A stretch of DNA of 64,000 nt from Balanoglossus misakiensis (lineage: Eukaryota > Animalia > Hemichordata): the NCBI GenBank assembly GCA_040954595.2, contig CM082580.2, forward strand, positions 12,724,909 through 12,788,908. Reading direction: 5' to 3'. Shown here in pieces: positions 13,183 to 25,700 of the stretch. The notes under the pieces are model-generated. The model worked only from the letters and a program-made list of their open reading frames with translations, was not told the origin of the DNA and did not search any database. The translations under genes and the position numbers were made by a program. The first letter of the stretch is position 1. The number at the start of each line of letters is the position of its first letter.

Positions 13183-14670
13183 TGCTGGTGGGGGTTGGGG
13201 ACGCTCATCATCATCATCATCGTTTGCTGGTGGTGGTAATGGTTGCTCACCTGGTGGTGATGGCTGCTCATCATCGTCATCATCGACGAGACGACCGTCC
13301 TTGTACAGAGTAAGAAATGCATTCAAGAGAGCAGGTGGTATATCAGACCCTAGGTCAGATGGAAGTTCAGATGGTAGGTCGGAGGGGAGAAGCTTCAAGA
13401 GTTCGTCAAGATCTGATGGAAGTACGGATGGTAGATCGTCTAAATCGTATCCATCTGCATCTGATGGTAGGTAGGGAAGAATGGAGTGATTATGACTTGC
13501 ATGCTCGTGCAGATGATGTAATATTGCCAAGAGAGCAGCTTGGATATCCGATGGTAAATCAGAGGGAAGATCAGAATGCAGGTCGGAGGGGAGAAGCTTC
13601 AAGAGTTCGTCAACATCTGATGGAAGTTCGAATGGTACATCGCCTTCATCGAGTTTTCGTTTGTCATCAACTTTGTCTTTTGCATGGTCGGGATGACCAG
13701 GGTGATCATGACCATGCACATGCAGATGATGTAGTATAGCCAAGACAGTCTCTGTTAAATCCGATGGTAGATCAGATGGAAGATCAGATGGTAGATCAGA
13801 TGGTAGATCAGATGGAAGATCGGATGGTAGGTCGGAGGGGAGAAGCTTCAAGAGTTCGTCAACATCTGATGGAAGTTCGAATGGTACATCGCCTTCATCG
13901 AGTTTACGTTTGTCATCAACTTTGTCTTTTGCATGGTCGGGATGACCAGGGTGATCATGACCATGCACATGCAGATGATGTAGTATAGCCAAGACAGCAT
14001 CTGTTAAATCCGATGGTAGATCAGATGGAAGATCAGATGGTAGATCAGATGGAAGATCGGATGGTAGGTCGGAGGGGAGAAGCTTCAAGAGTTCGTCAAC
14101 ATCTGATGGAAGTTCGAATGGTACATCGCCTTCATCGAGTTTACGTTTGTCATCAACTTTGTCTTTTGCATGGTCGGGATGACCAGGGTGATCATGACCA
14201 TGCACATGCAGATGATGTAGTATAGCCAAGACAGCATCTGTTAAATCCGATGGTAGATCAGATGGAAGATCGGATGGTAGTAGGTCGGAGGGGAGAAGTT
14301 TCAAGAGTTCATCTATATCTGATGGAAGGTCGGAAGGAATAAAGTCTTCATCGTGTTTGTGTTCGTCACCATCTTCGTCGTTTGCATGGTCGGGATGACC
14401 AGGGTGATCATGACCATGCTCATGCAGATGATGTATTATAGCCAAGACAGCCTCTGTTAAATCCGATGGAAGATCAGATGGAAGATCGGATGGCAGGTCG
14501 GAGGGGAGAAGCTTCAAGAGTTCGTCAACATCTGATGGAAGGTCGGAAGGAATATAGTCTTCATCGTGTTTATGGGGTGGTTCATCCGGTTTATCATCAT
14601 GTCTCGGAGGTCGACCAAATGCGACGCCCACCAAGCAAAGGACCACGAAAGTAACCACAAGTTTTGGCAT
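12683..14670 (-). CDS. Unrecognised secreted repeat protein B with (PSDL)n, His-rich units and a poly-Asp tract (about 566 aa)
   Basis: Exon 13059-14670 encodes signal peptide MPKLVVTFVVLCLVGVAFG followed by RPPRHDD.. (acceptor at 14679). It is spliced in phase 1 to exon 12683-12771 (ARAILKYLMEKRLQSRLATKGGSWYSGSG*). Total 1701 nt in frame. Confidence 0.87.
13102..13182 (-). repeat. Perfect (GAT)27 coding microsatellite encoding poly-Asp
   Basis: 81 nt of uninterrupted ATC on + strand, read as GAT in the frame of the 13042..14670 ORF. Confidence 0.97.
13340..14570 (-). repeat. Nested coding repeat: about six units of roughly 70-85 aa, each with a variable number of 12-bp PSDL sub-repeats
   Basis: GTTTGTCATCAACTTTGTCTTTTGCATGG recurs at 13659, 13908 and 14145 (spacings 249 and 237 bp, differing by one 12-bp PSDL unit). 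Unit: ELPSDVDELLKLL-(PSDL)n-TDAVLAILHHLHVHGHDHPGHPDHA. Confidence 0.95.
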
Positions 14671-15440
14671 GATGACGACTGTAAATGTAAAAAAAAAATA
14701 TTTTTTTTATGGCTACAGCCTCAAACATAAACAAAAACATGCTGAGAAGTACTGGACCTGTCAACTGTCAACAAATTGAAAATAGAGAGAGGAGTTTGGT
14801 GAATAGTTTTCTAATAGCGTCATATTATAATATCAAATGTCATAAATGTCGACTTTCATGCACGCTTTTGCCTCGAGTCGGCCATCTTTGCCCGAAGAAG
14901 GCTCTATAGTATTTCCCAGACCCTGTTTCTGGAGCGCCAACGAAAGAAGCGAAGGGGTCTTGGTAACCGAGACCAAAGAAATGATTGTCATGGGCCTAAA
15001 ACAAGTCGTTGAACACCCAGCTTTCTTCTTCACTTTCAAATTTATAGTGGAACGTACATAATTTGGGGTTTCAGAGTATAATAAGAATGGCAAACATGGC
15101 AACGTTCAGATGGGTTCATTCACTTTCACTTCCCGCGAAAGGTTTGCTGAAAACCTGCATGTCCCTCGGTCGCGTACTACATTAAATATGCGAAGTACAA
15201 ACAGTCAGTGACAGCGTATAGGGTGTGGCCCATACTTAGAATCACCGTGACAGTCTACCACTTGAAGTGACTGTCCTGAGCATACAAGATCATTCCGTTC
15301 CGAGTAAGCACTCTCTGAAAACTAGCCTGGCAGTTGAAGACAAACCCAGAGGTTTGTCCAAGCTATTCTTTTTGTGAAATCTTCCCACAATTTAATCTCC
15401 TAATTGCAGACATGGATTGGGCAGTGCGAGACTGTCTTAC

Positions 15441-15669
15441 CTGCAAGTTCCTGTGCGGCCAAGTGTTTCCAGGTACATCAGGGAGGCGATTTAACTCTGC
15501 TTTGATTAGAATATGAAAAGCATAGAGTGGGAGTTGTTTTACTTTGGTTTTTAAGACAGACTTTGTGTTGGTTCGACTGTCTTATATAACCACGAGCGCT
15601 ACACAAAATCAGTGCTCAGTAATGCTCAGTGACGCAACAACTGTTTCTGCCAGAAGAACACTGACGTCA
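15441..15669 (-). promoter_or_regulatory. Putative promoter of repeat gene B: TATA box, full CRE palindrome and candidate non-coding first exon
   Basis: Minus-strand TATATAA at 15582-15588, TGACGTCA at 15662-15669 and a CAG|GTAAG donor at 15441. The exon boundary is tentative because this exon would contain upstream ATGs. Confidence 0.5.
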
Positions 15670-18600
15670 TATCATTCATCCAGTGTTTCATTCTTTCAAG
15701 ACGTCAAGCTTCTTAAAAGCATTCCCGAATGAATGATGAAATTTATGCATGCAGACTATGTGGAAAACCTATTTTGCCATTTCTTTGTATTGCAATTGGC
15801 ATTCTCTATAAATGATAATTTATATATTCGGCGGTGACAACTTGTAAACTCTTGCATCAATGTAACATACATTCTGAGCATTATACAACTGTAAGAAAAT
15901 ACGGATCGGATCGACTTGAATACGTGGACAGAGTGAGCAGTGGTCCCAAAGATGACAAGAAATTTCAAACCGCAGACATCAAAAATTGCTATTTTCTTGT
16001 CGGACGGAGGTGATTCTGCCAACAACGTCCTTGAAGAGTTATTTTCACTGTTTCACAAATTCTACCCCTCCGTAGCAACCCACCAGTTCCATGATGGGAC
16101 CGAGCCGGCATTACCCGTCAGGTAGTACAGACAAATAAAAGGATGCCAAGCAAAAAACCAAGGCTACTATGGGGGGGGGGGCAGGGGGGGGGGCTATATG
16201 AGAAGAAAAATGCAGCACCCTGCCAACCCTCTCAGATGTTTAACGGACACATTCGTTCGAACTTTTATCGCCTCCCAAGCCCGCTCCCAATTCCTATTAT
16301 GTTCCCATAAAGTAATAAGATGAGAAATGCGTCACATTGAAACCCACAATCCACCAGGACCAACGCCTCAGATGTCATGGGCCCTTTCACGGTTGAAAGC
16401 ACATGAATTCATGAAGCTTTGGTCCAACATTCCACCGTGCGAAAATACGACGTTGAATAAGACGACTACTTTCAAGGCGATATCTCTGGCCATCACGACC
16501 TAGCTGTAGTGTGAATCACGTTTTTGCGCCATACCACCGGTGACTCAGTACTACATTGTCTTTTGCTTTTGTTCAAACCCTGGCATGTACATGTAATGAC
16601 CAGGACGCAAATCCACGCAAGCAATAGTCTTTGTTTTGGCTTTGTTGATGTGAACTGTGTCTGTGCGCGCGCCCTAAGCAAGCAAAATACAAAGGTTTAG
16701 AGGAGAGTTTGACGTAACTGAAGTTTGTTCTCGAGATGACGTTCCCATACTTCCAGACATTTGTGGACTTTTCTGACTGTGTCAAGAAAACTTTCGCCCC
16801 TAGGCCCTGTCTAAAAAGCATCAGTGTGTACACTGTGTTCTCATTTAAAACAGAATTGTTACATTCGAATGTGACCGATTTGTCAAACAGTCACTGGCTG
16901 AATATCAGGCCCGCTTTGCGAGTGTATTTTCACTTGGTGGTCGGAGAATTGAGGAGGCCCTGATATAATATCGCATTTTGCTTCAAAAACCATCAGCTTT
17001 GATGAAACTCAACAGAGAAATGACTCCGTTGCTATAGTCCCATGACACAATGCTTCTCGTGGTTTGTCTGTAGAGGGCGCCGTGAATCGTCATCAGTCCA
17101 CCTCAGCAAGTTTGGATTAGATCAGATAAGCAATTTTGTTCTTTTACCGGTTGCAGTGTGACGACACTTTGAGGCATCCCTGGATGGCTTTTATTGGCAG
17201 ACCCCACTTCTTTAATTAGAAATCACTCGGAAATGATTGCAACCTCCGGCGACGATCCCCTGAATGAGATGTGAACCGAAATGTGGTTCATTGAAATCGT
17301 CTTGGGAAATCGAGTCAATTCAATTTAATGAAGTCTTTTGATTCCACTTGGAAAGAAGTAAGCAAGATGTCACTCACGTCTAGATATTAGTTGTCATAGA
17401 AAATGCACTCGAGACGAAACCCCTAATCTTTCTGTAAGTAAATCCCAGCAGACAGTCGTCGGACGATATTCATGTAATGTTAAAAGGAGAAACAAACAGA
17501 CGCACCAGAAACGTCGACCCGTCTCCTGGACAAATCAAATAAAAGAACACATTGTGTATGGGGCCAATTGACTTACGGAAGTCCAATGTTGACTGCCGCG
17601 CTGAGCAGTGTAACGTGTTGAATGTTCGCGCGCGGAATAGAGACAATTATCGGAGGAGCTGCAGCAGAAGAGATTGAGGTAAAATTACAGTAAAATCATG
17701 AGAATCGTGAAGTATATTGAGCGTTGCAATGTTATGAAATGTACTCATCGTGAACAATGCATGTAAAGTACGAAAAAAAAGAAAAACATTATTGATATAT
17801 GGTTCCAGTAAATTGATCACTGTCAAATGTTAAGTCATCTCCATTGTGTGCATCACATCGTCATGGCAACGAAATTCCGCCTCGACACAGGTTCATTTTG
17901 ACAATATGCAAAGGGCAAAAGCAAACCTGTTAAATATTTTATGGCGTGAATTAAATTATAGCGTTGCCAGCTGCGACGGATGCAGCCAACGAAGGCAGAC
18001 AATCAGGCTGTATTGACGCATTGATCAGATACATTTTGCCAGTTCGATCATCTCTGAGAGTGACAAGTGGAAGTTTCTATGGCAACCCACCACATATCAC
18101 AAATCATGAACATTCGTCAATACACATATGTAACTGACAAGTTGCAACGAATCACCCCCCCCCCCCCCCCCCCATATGGCGGATGATGCAACTGTATACG
18201 ACCATCCATCACGTTTGCTGGTCATCTATCATGCTTGATATTCTCCAAGGGAATTTTCTTGCTTGCGATTCTTCTGAAAATACCACTTGAGAGACGATTG
18301 TGTGTGTGTTTTTTAACAAGAACCTTTCAAAGTGATCAGTGAATGCAAATGATTAGGATAATGCTCGATTTTCTTTTTAATGAATGTCGAAGATGGATAA
18401 TAATGTAATTTCTCTCAACAACCCGATGTAATTTCTCCTCCGCATCACGTTACCTCCCAAAAGAGAGACAGGCGCATCCTGCCTCCGTTCTAATTTGTCA
18501 GAAAAATTGCCCACAGGGCTGTATAGCGTCGGTTTTCTGAAGGACCTATTTGAAAGACGTGCAATCAGAAAATTGATACAATTTCCTCGCTAAACAAGCG

Positions 18601-19399
18601 TTCAGTTTCCCCAGCGGCATTCAATTCTCTTTTTTTCTTACTGAAGTGATTTTGCTCAGAAAGTGGGGGTATTGGGGAACGATGTTATCACATTCGATTA
18701 AAAGAAGAAAATTTGCCCGGTGTGGTTAGTGGACAATGATAGACCATGTGGAAAGTCTTTACGCTTGTCATGTCATGCCACGTCGGGTCTCGGTAACACG
18801 ACACTGTGTTGATATAGCATGGTATAATCGTAGGATTGCTTGGATTAAAATTTTCATGCGTTGAGATTTGTCCTGCTTGAACGGGGAAAACACTACAGCT
18901 GAGGGGTGATTTTCCACCTGAGTGAAAAATACTGCGACCTTATCAGTTCCCTGAGACGATTCCATCCAGGGAGAATTTCCAGACCCGTGTTTGGTCGTCA
19001 GTCTTTCCGTGTAGGCGCATTGAGACGAAGTAATACCTACTTTGCCACGTCTCCCCCAATGTCCAAGCCACATCCTTGAAAAGCCATGGCGATTAAATGT
19101 GATTCCCTGGCTTAAAGGTGTCGAACCAAAATTAAAATGTCGAACGGGTGGGAAGATTTAATGGATAGTTTATTGAGATTCCATCGTTTAACGATGCCAG
19201 AGGCTGTGCATTTCATAACGTGGATTAACGATATCGAGGACAGAATTTAAATGAGATTTCACGGATACGTCGACAGATTATCGATAGTCATTAAAAGTCT
19301 TGGTCAGACAGAACCCATTAGACCCCTTCTGAACCGTGGCAGAAAGTGTGTGTAACTTGAAAATACAATGGAAAGTACCGACTCACATTTTCTGAAAAT

Positions 19400-19580
19400 C
19401 CGCTGTTGAAGGCCCCACCATAGAGAGACTGGTGGCCATTTTAAATTTCAAATTTGAGACAATTTCGCTCCCTCATTCAAAATTGTGCACGGTAACCCCC
19501 AATTTAAGAGCGAGTAATCTAAGTCGCCTGAGCAAAATATGAGAAAAGATCTCTCATTTTCGAGGCACATACTACCTTAA
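19400..19580. mobile_element. Fragment of the same TTAA-ended non-autonomous DNA transposon family
   Basis: Ends in ATTTTCGAGGCACATACTACCTTAA, versus ATTTTCGAGGCGAATACTACCTTAA at 24394-24418. The left boundary could not be determined. Confidence 0.45.
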
Positions 19581-21995
19581 AGCTCGTATATGCAACATAA
19601 TTATGAAGCATACAGAGAACCCCAAACGATGATTTCGCCTCGGGAGGAAGAATCCGAAGAAGAGAAAAATCTCAGATTTCACAGCTTTATTCTCTAACAC
19701 AGCGGGGCGTATGCGCGTGACTTCAAAGGTGGACTGACATCCTTTGAAACTGTGGATCTGTTTTTATTGAATTTTGGGTGAGAATCCCCATAAAATGTGA
19801 TTAAAGTATCGGCTGTTTGCAAAAGGGAAATTCGACACACAAACGATTTCCCACTGATCTTCATCACAATAGGTAGATGTAATTGGTTCTCTCCCCCGCT
19901 GCATTTCGGCGTTCAGTCAAGTCTGTGTTAGTCGGTATCATAATCTCACAAGTCACGAAGTCGACACGCTATCACCGGGTTTTGGCAAATGTCTTGTATT
20001 TCCAAAGGCGTAAACCAAATGGCAGAAGCTAATGAATCATGTCTTTCGCTCCACTTGACACAAATGCAGACACACACCGCAGATAAATGCGATACCATAT
20101 GCACACGTTGTATGGTACAGAATGCCGCGTTAACGTCCATATACTAGTAGTTTCTTATCCCACGCTCACACACAAAAAAACACGGCTTCAGATCATTGGA
20201 CTTCCGTCGATAATGGCGGCCATCGATCAAATTTCTGTGAAATCATCAGATTAAAAATTTGATATGAACACAGCGCGGAGTAATGTCGGTTATAAATAGA
20301 AAGTCTGATCAGAAATGAAAGGACGAGTGAGACAGCTACGGATAGCAGTTGAACGGTGCATGAAGTAACTGGATGATTCTTTTTGTATATACTATATCCA
20401 ATATGCGTGCATGTATTCACTCAAATTGGTCAATTAAGTGCAATCTAATATTCCGTGAGGTTTTTCCCCGTTTGTTAAAAGCAATCTTGCTACCGCTACC
20501 CAACTCATTGCTGTTTGTACATCCATTAAATATTTTTGTTAAAAGCAATACAAAAAGCAAGGATACATGTTACCGGTGGAATGACATACAAAAAGTACAA
20601 AAGTCGCGTTTCATTCCTTGAGTTCTTGGAAAATATGACTTCATTTGCTGTACTCTATCAGGTTAAATCTGTAACTTGTCACGTGATGTTAACAAAAATG
20701 TACATTTCAATCACGTATTGATATTTCATCAGTCTATTTACATTTTAGATATTTCGGTCGGAAGTAGATATGATTGTCGTCATAGTAACTGAGGAGTCGA
20801 GATGTGAATTGCGATTATATATCATACAAGTGTCATCATTGTGTCCTAGATCCTGACATTACATTTGCACAAGGAATTAAAATATTCATTATTGGAGATA
20901 AAATATATGGTGGGATACGATGTGACCATAAATTTCAAGATCAGCCCCCACACATCAGAAGGTCACTGTGTGTATGTTTCAGCGTCATTGGAATATGTCT
21001 GTGATGACAAAATATTGCGACGCGGATTGCTTTGATCTGAAGAGAAGGTGTCCCAAGGAAATATCGCACGCAGTTCTTTTATTGTTACATCCCGCGTGGC
21101 TGATCAGGCCTACGGTGTCTTCCCTGCTTTCTTCAAATAAAACTTGAAATCGCTCTCAGGATAACAGTGTGGACCGTCGCCAGTGTCCCTGGAATAAAAA
21201 ACATCTATATATCAGAAAGAGAAATTGCATCTGGATCAAAGTCGGGGTTGTCACGTAGGGGAAACATACTATAGTAGCTAATTTGAACCGACAAAGTGGT
21301 TTCATGAAAATCGCTGGAAGTTGTAGATTCTGTAAACCGCACGTCGAGTTTGACGACACGGCGTTGGATGGAAACCATCCCGAGATGCGCTCTCCATGAT
21401 AGTGCACCGTTGAATATGATAGTGCATGTATTTCACATTAAAACCAAGCCCAGAAAAATAAAAAAACACCGAATAATATGTATAGAAAAAAAAATACTTT
21501 TGCGTGTTCATTATCGATGCATGGAATCTGAACATTCACTGACGCAGATAAATGATCTTCAAAGTCTAGAGCAAAGACCATAACGAGAGCAGTTCCCCTA
21601 TGTATCATATAGGCAGAAATTTTATCTATTATCTCATTGACTTTCCGACGCATCGTGCCATTTGAGACTATATTAATAGACAAAAATGGATGCGGAAAAT
21701 TATCCGCATGTACTTCGTGCTTAAAAGCAAAAATGAACCCTTTTTATATGTCATCTTCAATTGGTTAATGAAATGCGAAACGGACAGCTCGGCTATTCAA
21801 TATTCACAAAGCAGCAAAGCAACAAACCTTATACAACTCGATCTTTTCTCTGGTAACAACTGCCGATATGTCAACAGAGGACATCTGACTCGGAAGAACC
21901 TTTAAGTGAAAAAAAAATGAAGTAAAAAGCTACATGCAGGATTCATAATCCGAATAAGACAATAGCATGGTATGGTACCATGAAACACAGGAAAA

Positions 21996-22687
21996 CTAAT
22001 AGACGTTCATGCATCCTGTCATATTCTTGAAGTGGATGTATCTATCTATGTATGTATGTATGTCGAGTGTGTTCGAAAGCAGACAAACTCCATCATCTCG
22101 TACAGTGGACTTGCCTATCATACCGTGACAGCTGCCGTTGTCTGAATCTGATAAGATTGCCGTCTCTTTGAGAGAGTCGAACAAAATGGTGGAATAGATT
22201 GGAAAGGCTAATGCCTCTTCCTCGTCCAACAGCCTCTTGTTGGCATCCAGGCCATCTTCCTCACAATCTGCCACCACCAGGGTGCCATCGGACACCGAGT
22301 CTGACACAGACAGCGGTATGTGGAGCTCCGTTGCCGTTCTGCTGGGGACTGGAATACCAATGTAAATGCCGCCGAAGTCCGGGAAAGACTCACTGTCCCT
22401 GTCGTACTCACTACCGCTGTTCGATGAAACAATCGTTGGGAGGACCCGGTCGCGATACTTCCTGAAATGATGATGATGAATGAAATTTAGAGTAGATTTT
22501 TCAAACTCCTCAAACATAATTGACTTTCACTCCAATTTGGGGAACGGAAAATAGCTCACCTATTTGATAATTCATAAGATTCTTTGCTTAGTGACGACAC
22601 ATTTGTCAAAGGGTTACCGTTTACTCGTGAACTTGACTCTGGCCACTGGCCGGTATTGCTAACACTGGATACAGAACGGTCGTTTCC

Positions 22688-22720
<33 letters not shown>

Positions 22721-25700
22721 TTGACAAATTTGACACAGGAAGCAACATCACACCAGCATGTAAAAACCTTTTCGGAGGAACGAGATTCCCGATCAGGTGG
22801 TTTATACTTACCGAATAAAATCTGCGTTGGTTGTTTCTCATCTCCAAACAGTGTGGTCACACTCGTCTCAACCACAACGTGATTGCTCTGCGATGGTTCG
22901 TACCGATAAACTGGCTTCATGCCGAGTTTTTCTAGCAATTCGTCGATTTCTTTGTCTTTCTGTAGAGCAGATAATCAGGGACTTATTTTACAGTTTTAAA
23001 AAAACAGGAGAAACCTCCTTACCGCGAACGCAGATACCTCCGAGGTCATCTTTTCAATCGCCGAGCTTCATTTGAGGGGCGATTACTCAGAATTGATGAC
23101 AAAACTTCGACGAAGATAACACGCCCAGCACAAAAGCAGTGATTGAAAATTTGCGTCAAAGCCCCAGCAACACTTTTTGATTCCCTCGATTATTCAAGAG
23201 ACCGGCATCACCTTTACTCTTTTCAGTAGAATACCAAATGATGATATCTAATGCTTTTTGTCATCGCCCTTACAGCGAGCAATCACCGGACCTATTTTGT
23301 GAATTGCTGAGAGCAAATCGAGACGGTAACATTTGAAAGGCTGGCGACCGTTGCCTGCATGTGCATGTTGACTTCACTTAGATCGACCTTTCGAAGATGG
23401 AAAACGCCCGTGGCATGTTTGTAATCGTCTTGAAACTTTTACAGAATTTTCGTTTGTTACTTTGTTGGTCAAAAAACTTGCCGGATCAGATCACAACTAT
23501 AATTTCAAAACACGAATGAACCACAACCAGTAATGTAGTAAATCATGGACTGTAGTCATTTGAACTTCAAAAAATGTTTCTCACAGCCGAAACGCTCTTA
23601 TCGCTAGGATCGGAATACTCTGAAATAGCTGTTCATAGCATTTACTCCACAATCTGCACATCTATGTATAGACTTAAATGTCAGACGCCAAAGGAAAGTC
23701 TCGGTTTGGTATTTATTAGGGTTGGTAAACTGTATTGTGAGCTGGAGCAGTGTGAACAAATTAGTTCAATATTTGAAATCTAAATGGCCACATAATGACG
23801 TTAATAATACCTAATTCCGATCAATATTGATTTCGATTACATTTAAGTTGATAAGACTCTATAAAAAAAACAATAATCAATCCCAAACTCCTGTTTAGCA
23901 TTATAGGAAGTTATTTGATTGCATTCTGCACACAAATGCAAATGCCAGATACGTTTAAGGAATGTTCTCAATGCATTTGATATTTACTCACCTCAGCTAA
24001 CAACTTTTTCAGTTTTATGTTGTCCGTCTTCAGACACCTCATTCTCAAAGTGACGTCGCTATCGTCATACGTTGACGTCATTCTAAAGCTCCCCTTGCTA
24101 CTTAAGCACCGTATCTTCTTCTCCTCCCCCCGGGGGTCTCGTCTCAGTTCCACCAGCTGAAAAATGATAATGCATTCTTCGTATTAAATACATGCTTGTA
24201 AAATGACTAGGTGCCACCCCTGTTTGTGGTGACACGGTTATCGCAGATGTGTTGTTGAAGCCAAATTTATTTATCTACGACTGGGGACCGCTCATCTGTG
24301 TGACTATTCACACTTGTCAGTTGCAATCAAGGTAGTATTCGCATGTGAGCCAGAAAATGATGGTCTTCCAAACAGAGAAGGTTTAAGACTTTGATTTTCG
24401 AGGCGAATACTACCTTAAAACTTTACCTTTGGAACGAAGACCAGGCAGAGTGTCACGGTTGTACAAAAGAGTATGAAAAGCGAGAGTATACCAAACGCCG
24501 CGTTGGGATTGTGTTGAATAATAAAAGACAGAGCAACGCCAATGATGCACATCACCACGACGTTGTAAACACACATTCCGATGTACTTGCTGTCATTCAA
24601 TGCTGGGATGCTCACGTGACGGGTTTCCCAGGCTAAGAACAAACCAAACACCTGGGAAAAAGAAGACATCAAAAGAAATAATCGCATTGTATTGTATTGT
24701 TTTTTATTTGAGTTTTGTTTTGAATATTCTTTGTGGTATGTAACAGTCATGTTGGGCTCGAAAGATACTCAGGTCATGTGATGATAGTGGCAGCAACGAA
24801 ACTTGGCATATTCTCACATCTCTGCACATTTCCCGGCTTACTTGTCTAGTGAATGCTCGATCTCCACAAATGGAAGAATATATGGACGCTGTTGATTGAC
24901 GTGTTTTGCATAATTGTTACGGTTATGCAATTGTGGAGACATGCGTTGTCATGGACACGCCACCGGCGCGGTAAAGAGTCAGTTTAATATAGACTCAGGA
25001 TAGTGCAACGTACCATCAAAACGCCTTTGTAGACATAGATGCAGGCAAGCCAAATCGTCATGTGCTCGCTTTCACAGTGGCGCATAACGGGAACTATGGA
25101 GACATCCCGCCCTCCGGGATCAGACTGTGCAGGGAATACAAAGGAAGGAGAGAAAGCCAACAGATATGAGCAAGGATTCATCTTGCACCGTGAAAACACT
25201 AATAAATATTTAGTCGCCGCTAGTCTCGGGTTACTCGACGTGACAAAAGACTCGATTCGGTTAAAGATGACGCTTCTTTTCAATCGGAGGTTGCATCCTG
25301 AGGCGGCACAGAAATGCTATTCAGATTAGTCCTCTAGGAAAATGAGTTTTTCTCGTTATTTCAAAGGGTGTAACGTAATGCAATATAGCAGTCACGGTAC
25401 GCTCCGCAATAAGGCTCCCAAACTGCTTCCAACGTTTCTTTTTCGACTTGAGGGGTTTCCAAAATTCAACAAATCGTCGTTCAACAACAATTTACGACAT
25501 TTCAGTAGATGATAACCGTGTTCAGCATTGAAGTTCACACCAATGGTTAATAGCAACCATTGACATCAAGACGTAAAATAACCGTGAATCAGCGAACATT
25601 ATTATCAATTCCAGGGCCTTGGAGAGAAGATTGCTCTTTACAGAGTCATAGGGCTGAAGACCCTGCCAGCGCTGCCAGTCGATATTTTCTGTTAAATACA

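Noticed and set aside
12963-13322. Poly-His, poly-Met and poly-Ile ORFs
   Set aside because: Other readings of the (GAT)27 microsatellite that encodes poly-Asp in gene B.
8976-14570. Repeat arrays as CRISPR arrays or mobile elements
   Set aside because: No unique spacers, unit lengths are multiples of 3 inside spliced eukaryotic ORFs, and there are no cas or transposase genes.
8622-14670. Calling genes A/B sea urchin Transformer (185/333) or granins
   Set aside because: The similarity is compositional only. Gene A contains cysteines and extra exons, and no alignable family motif was recognised.
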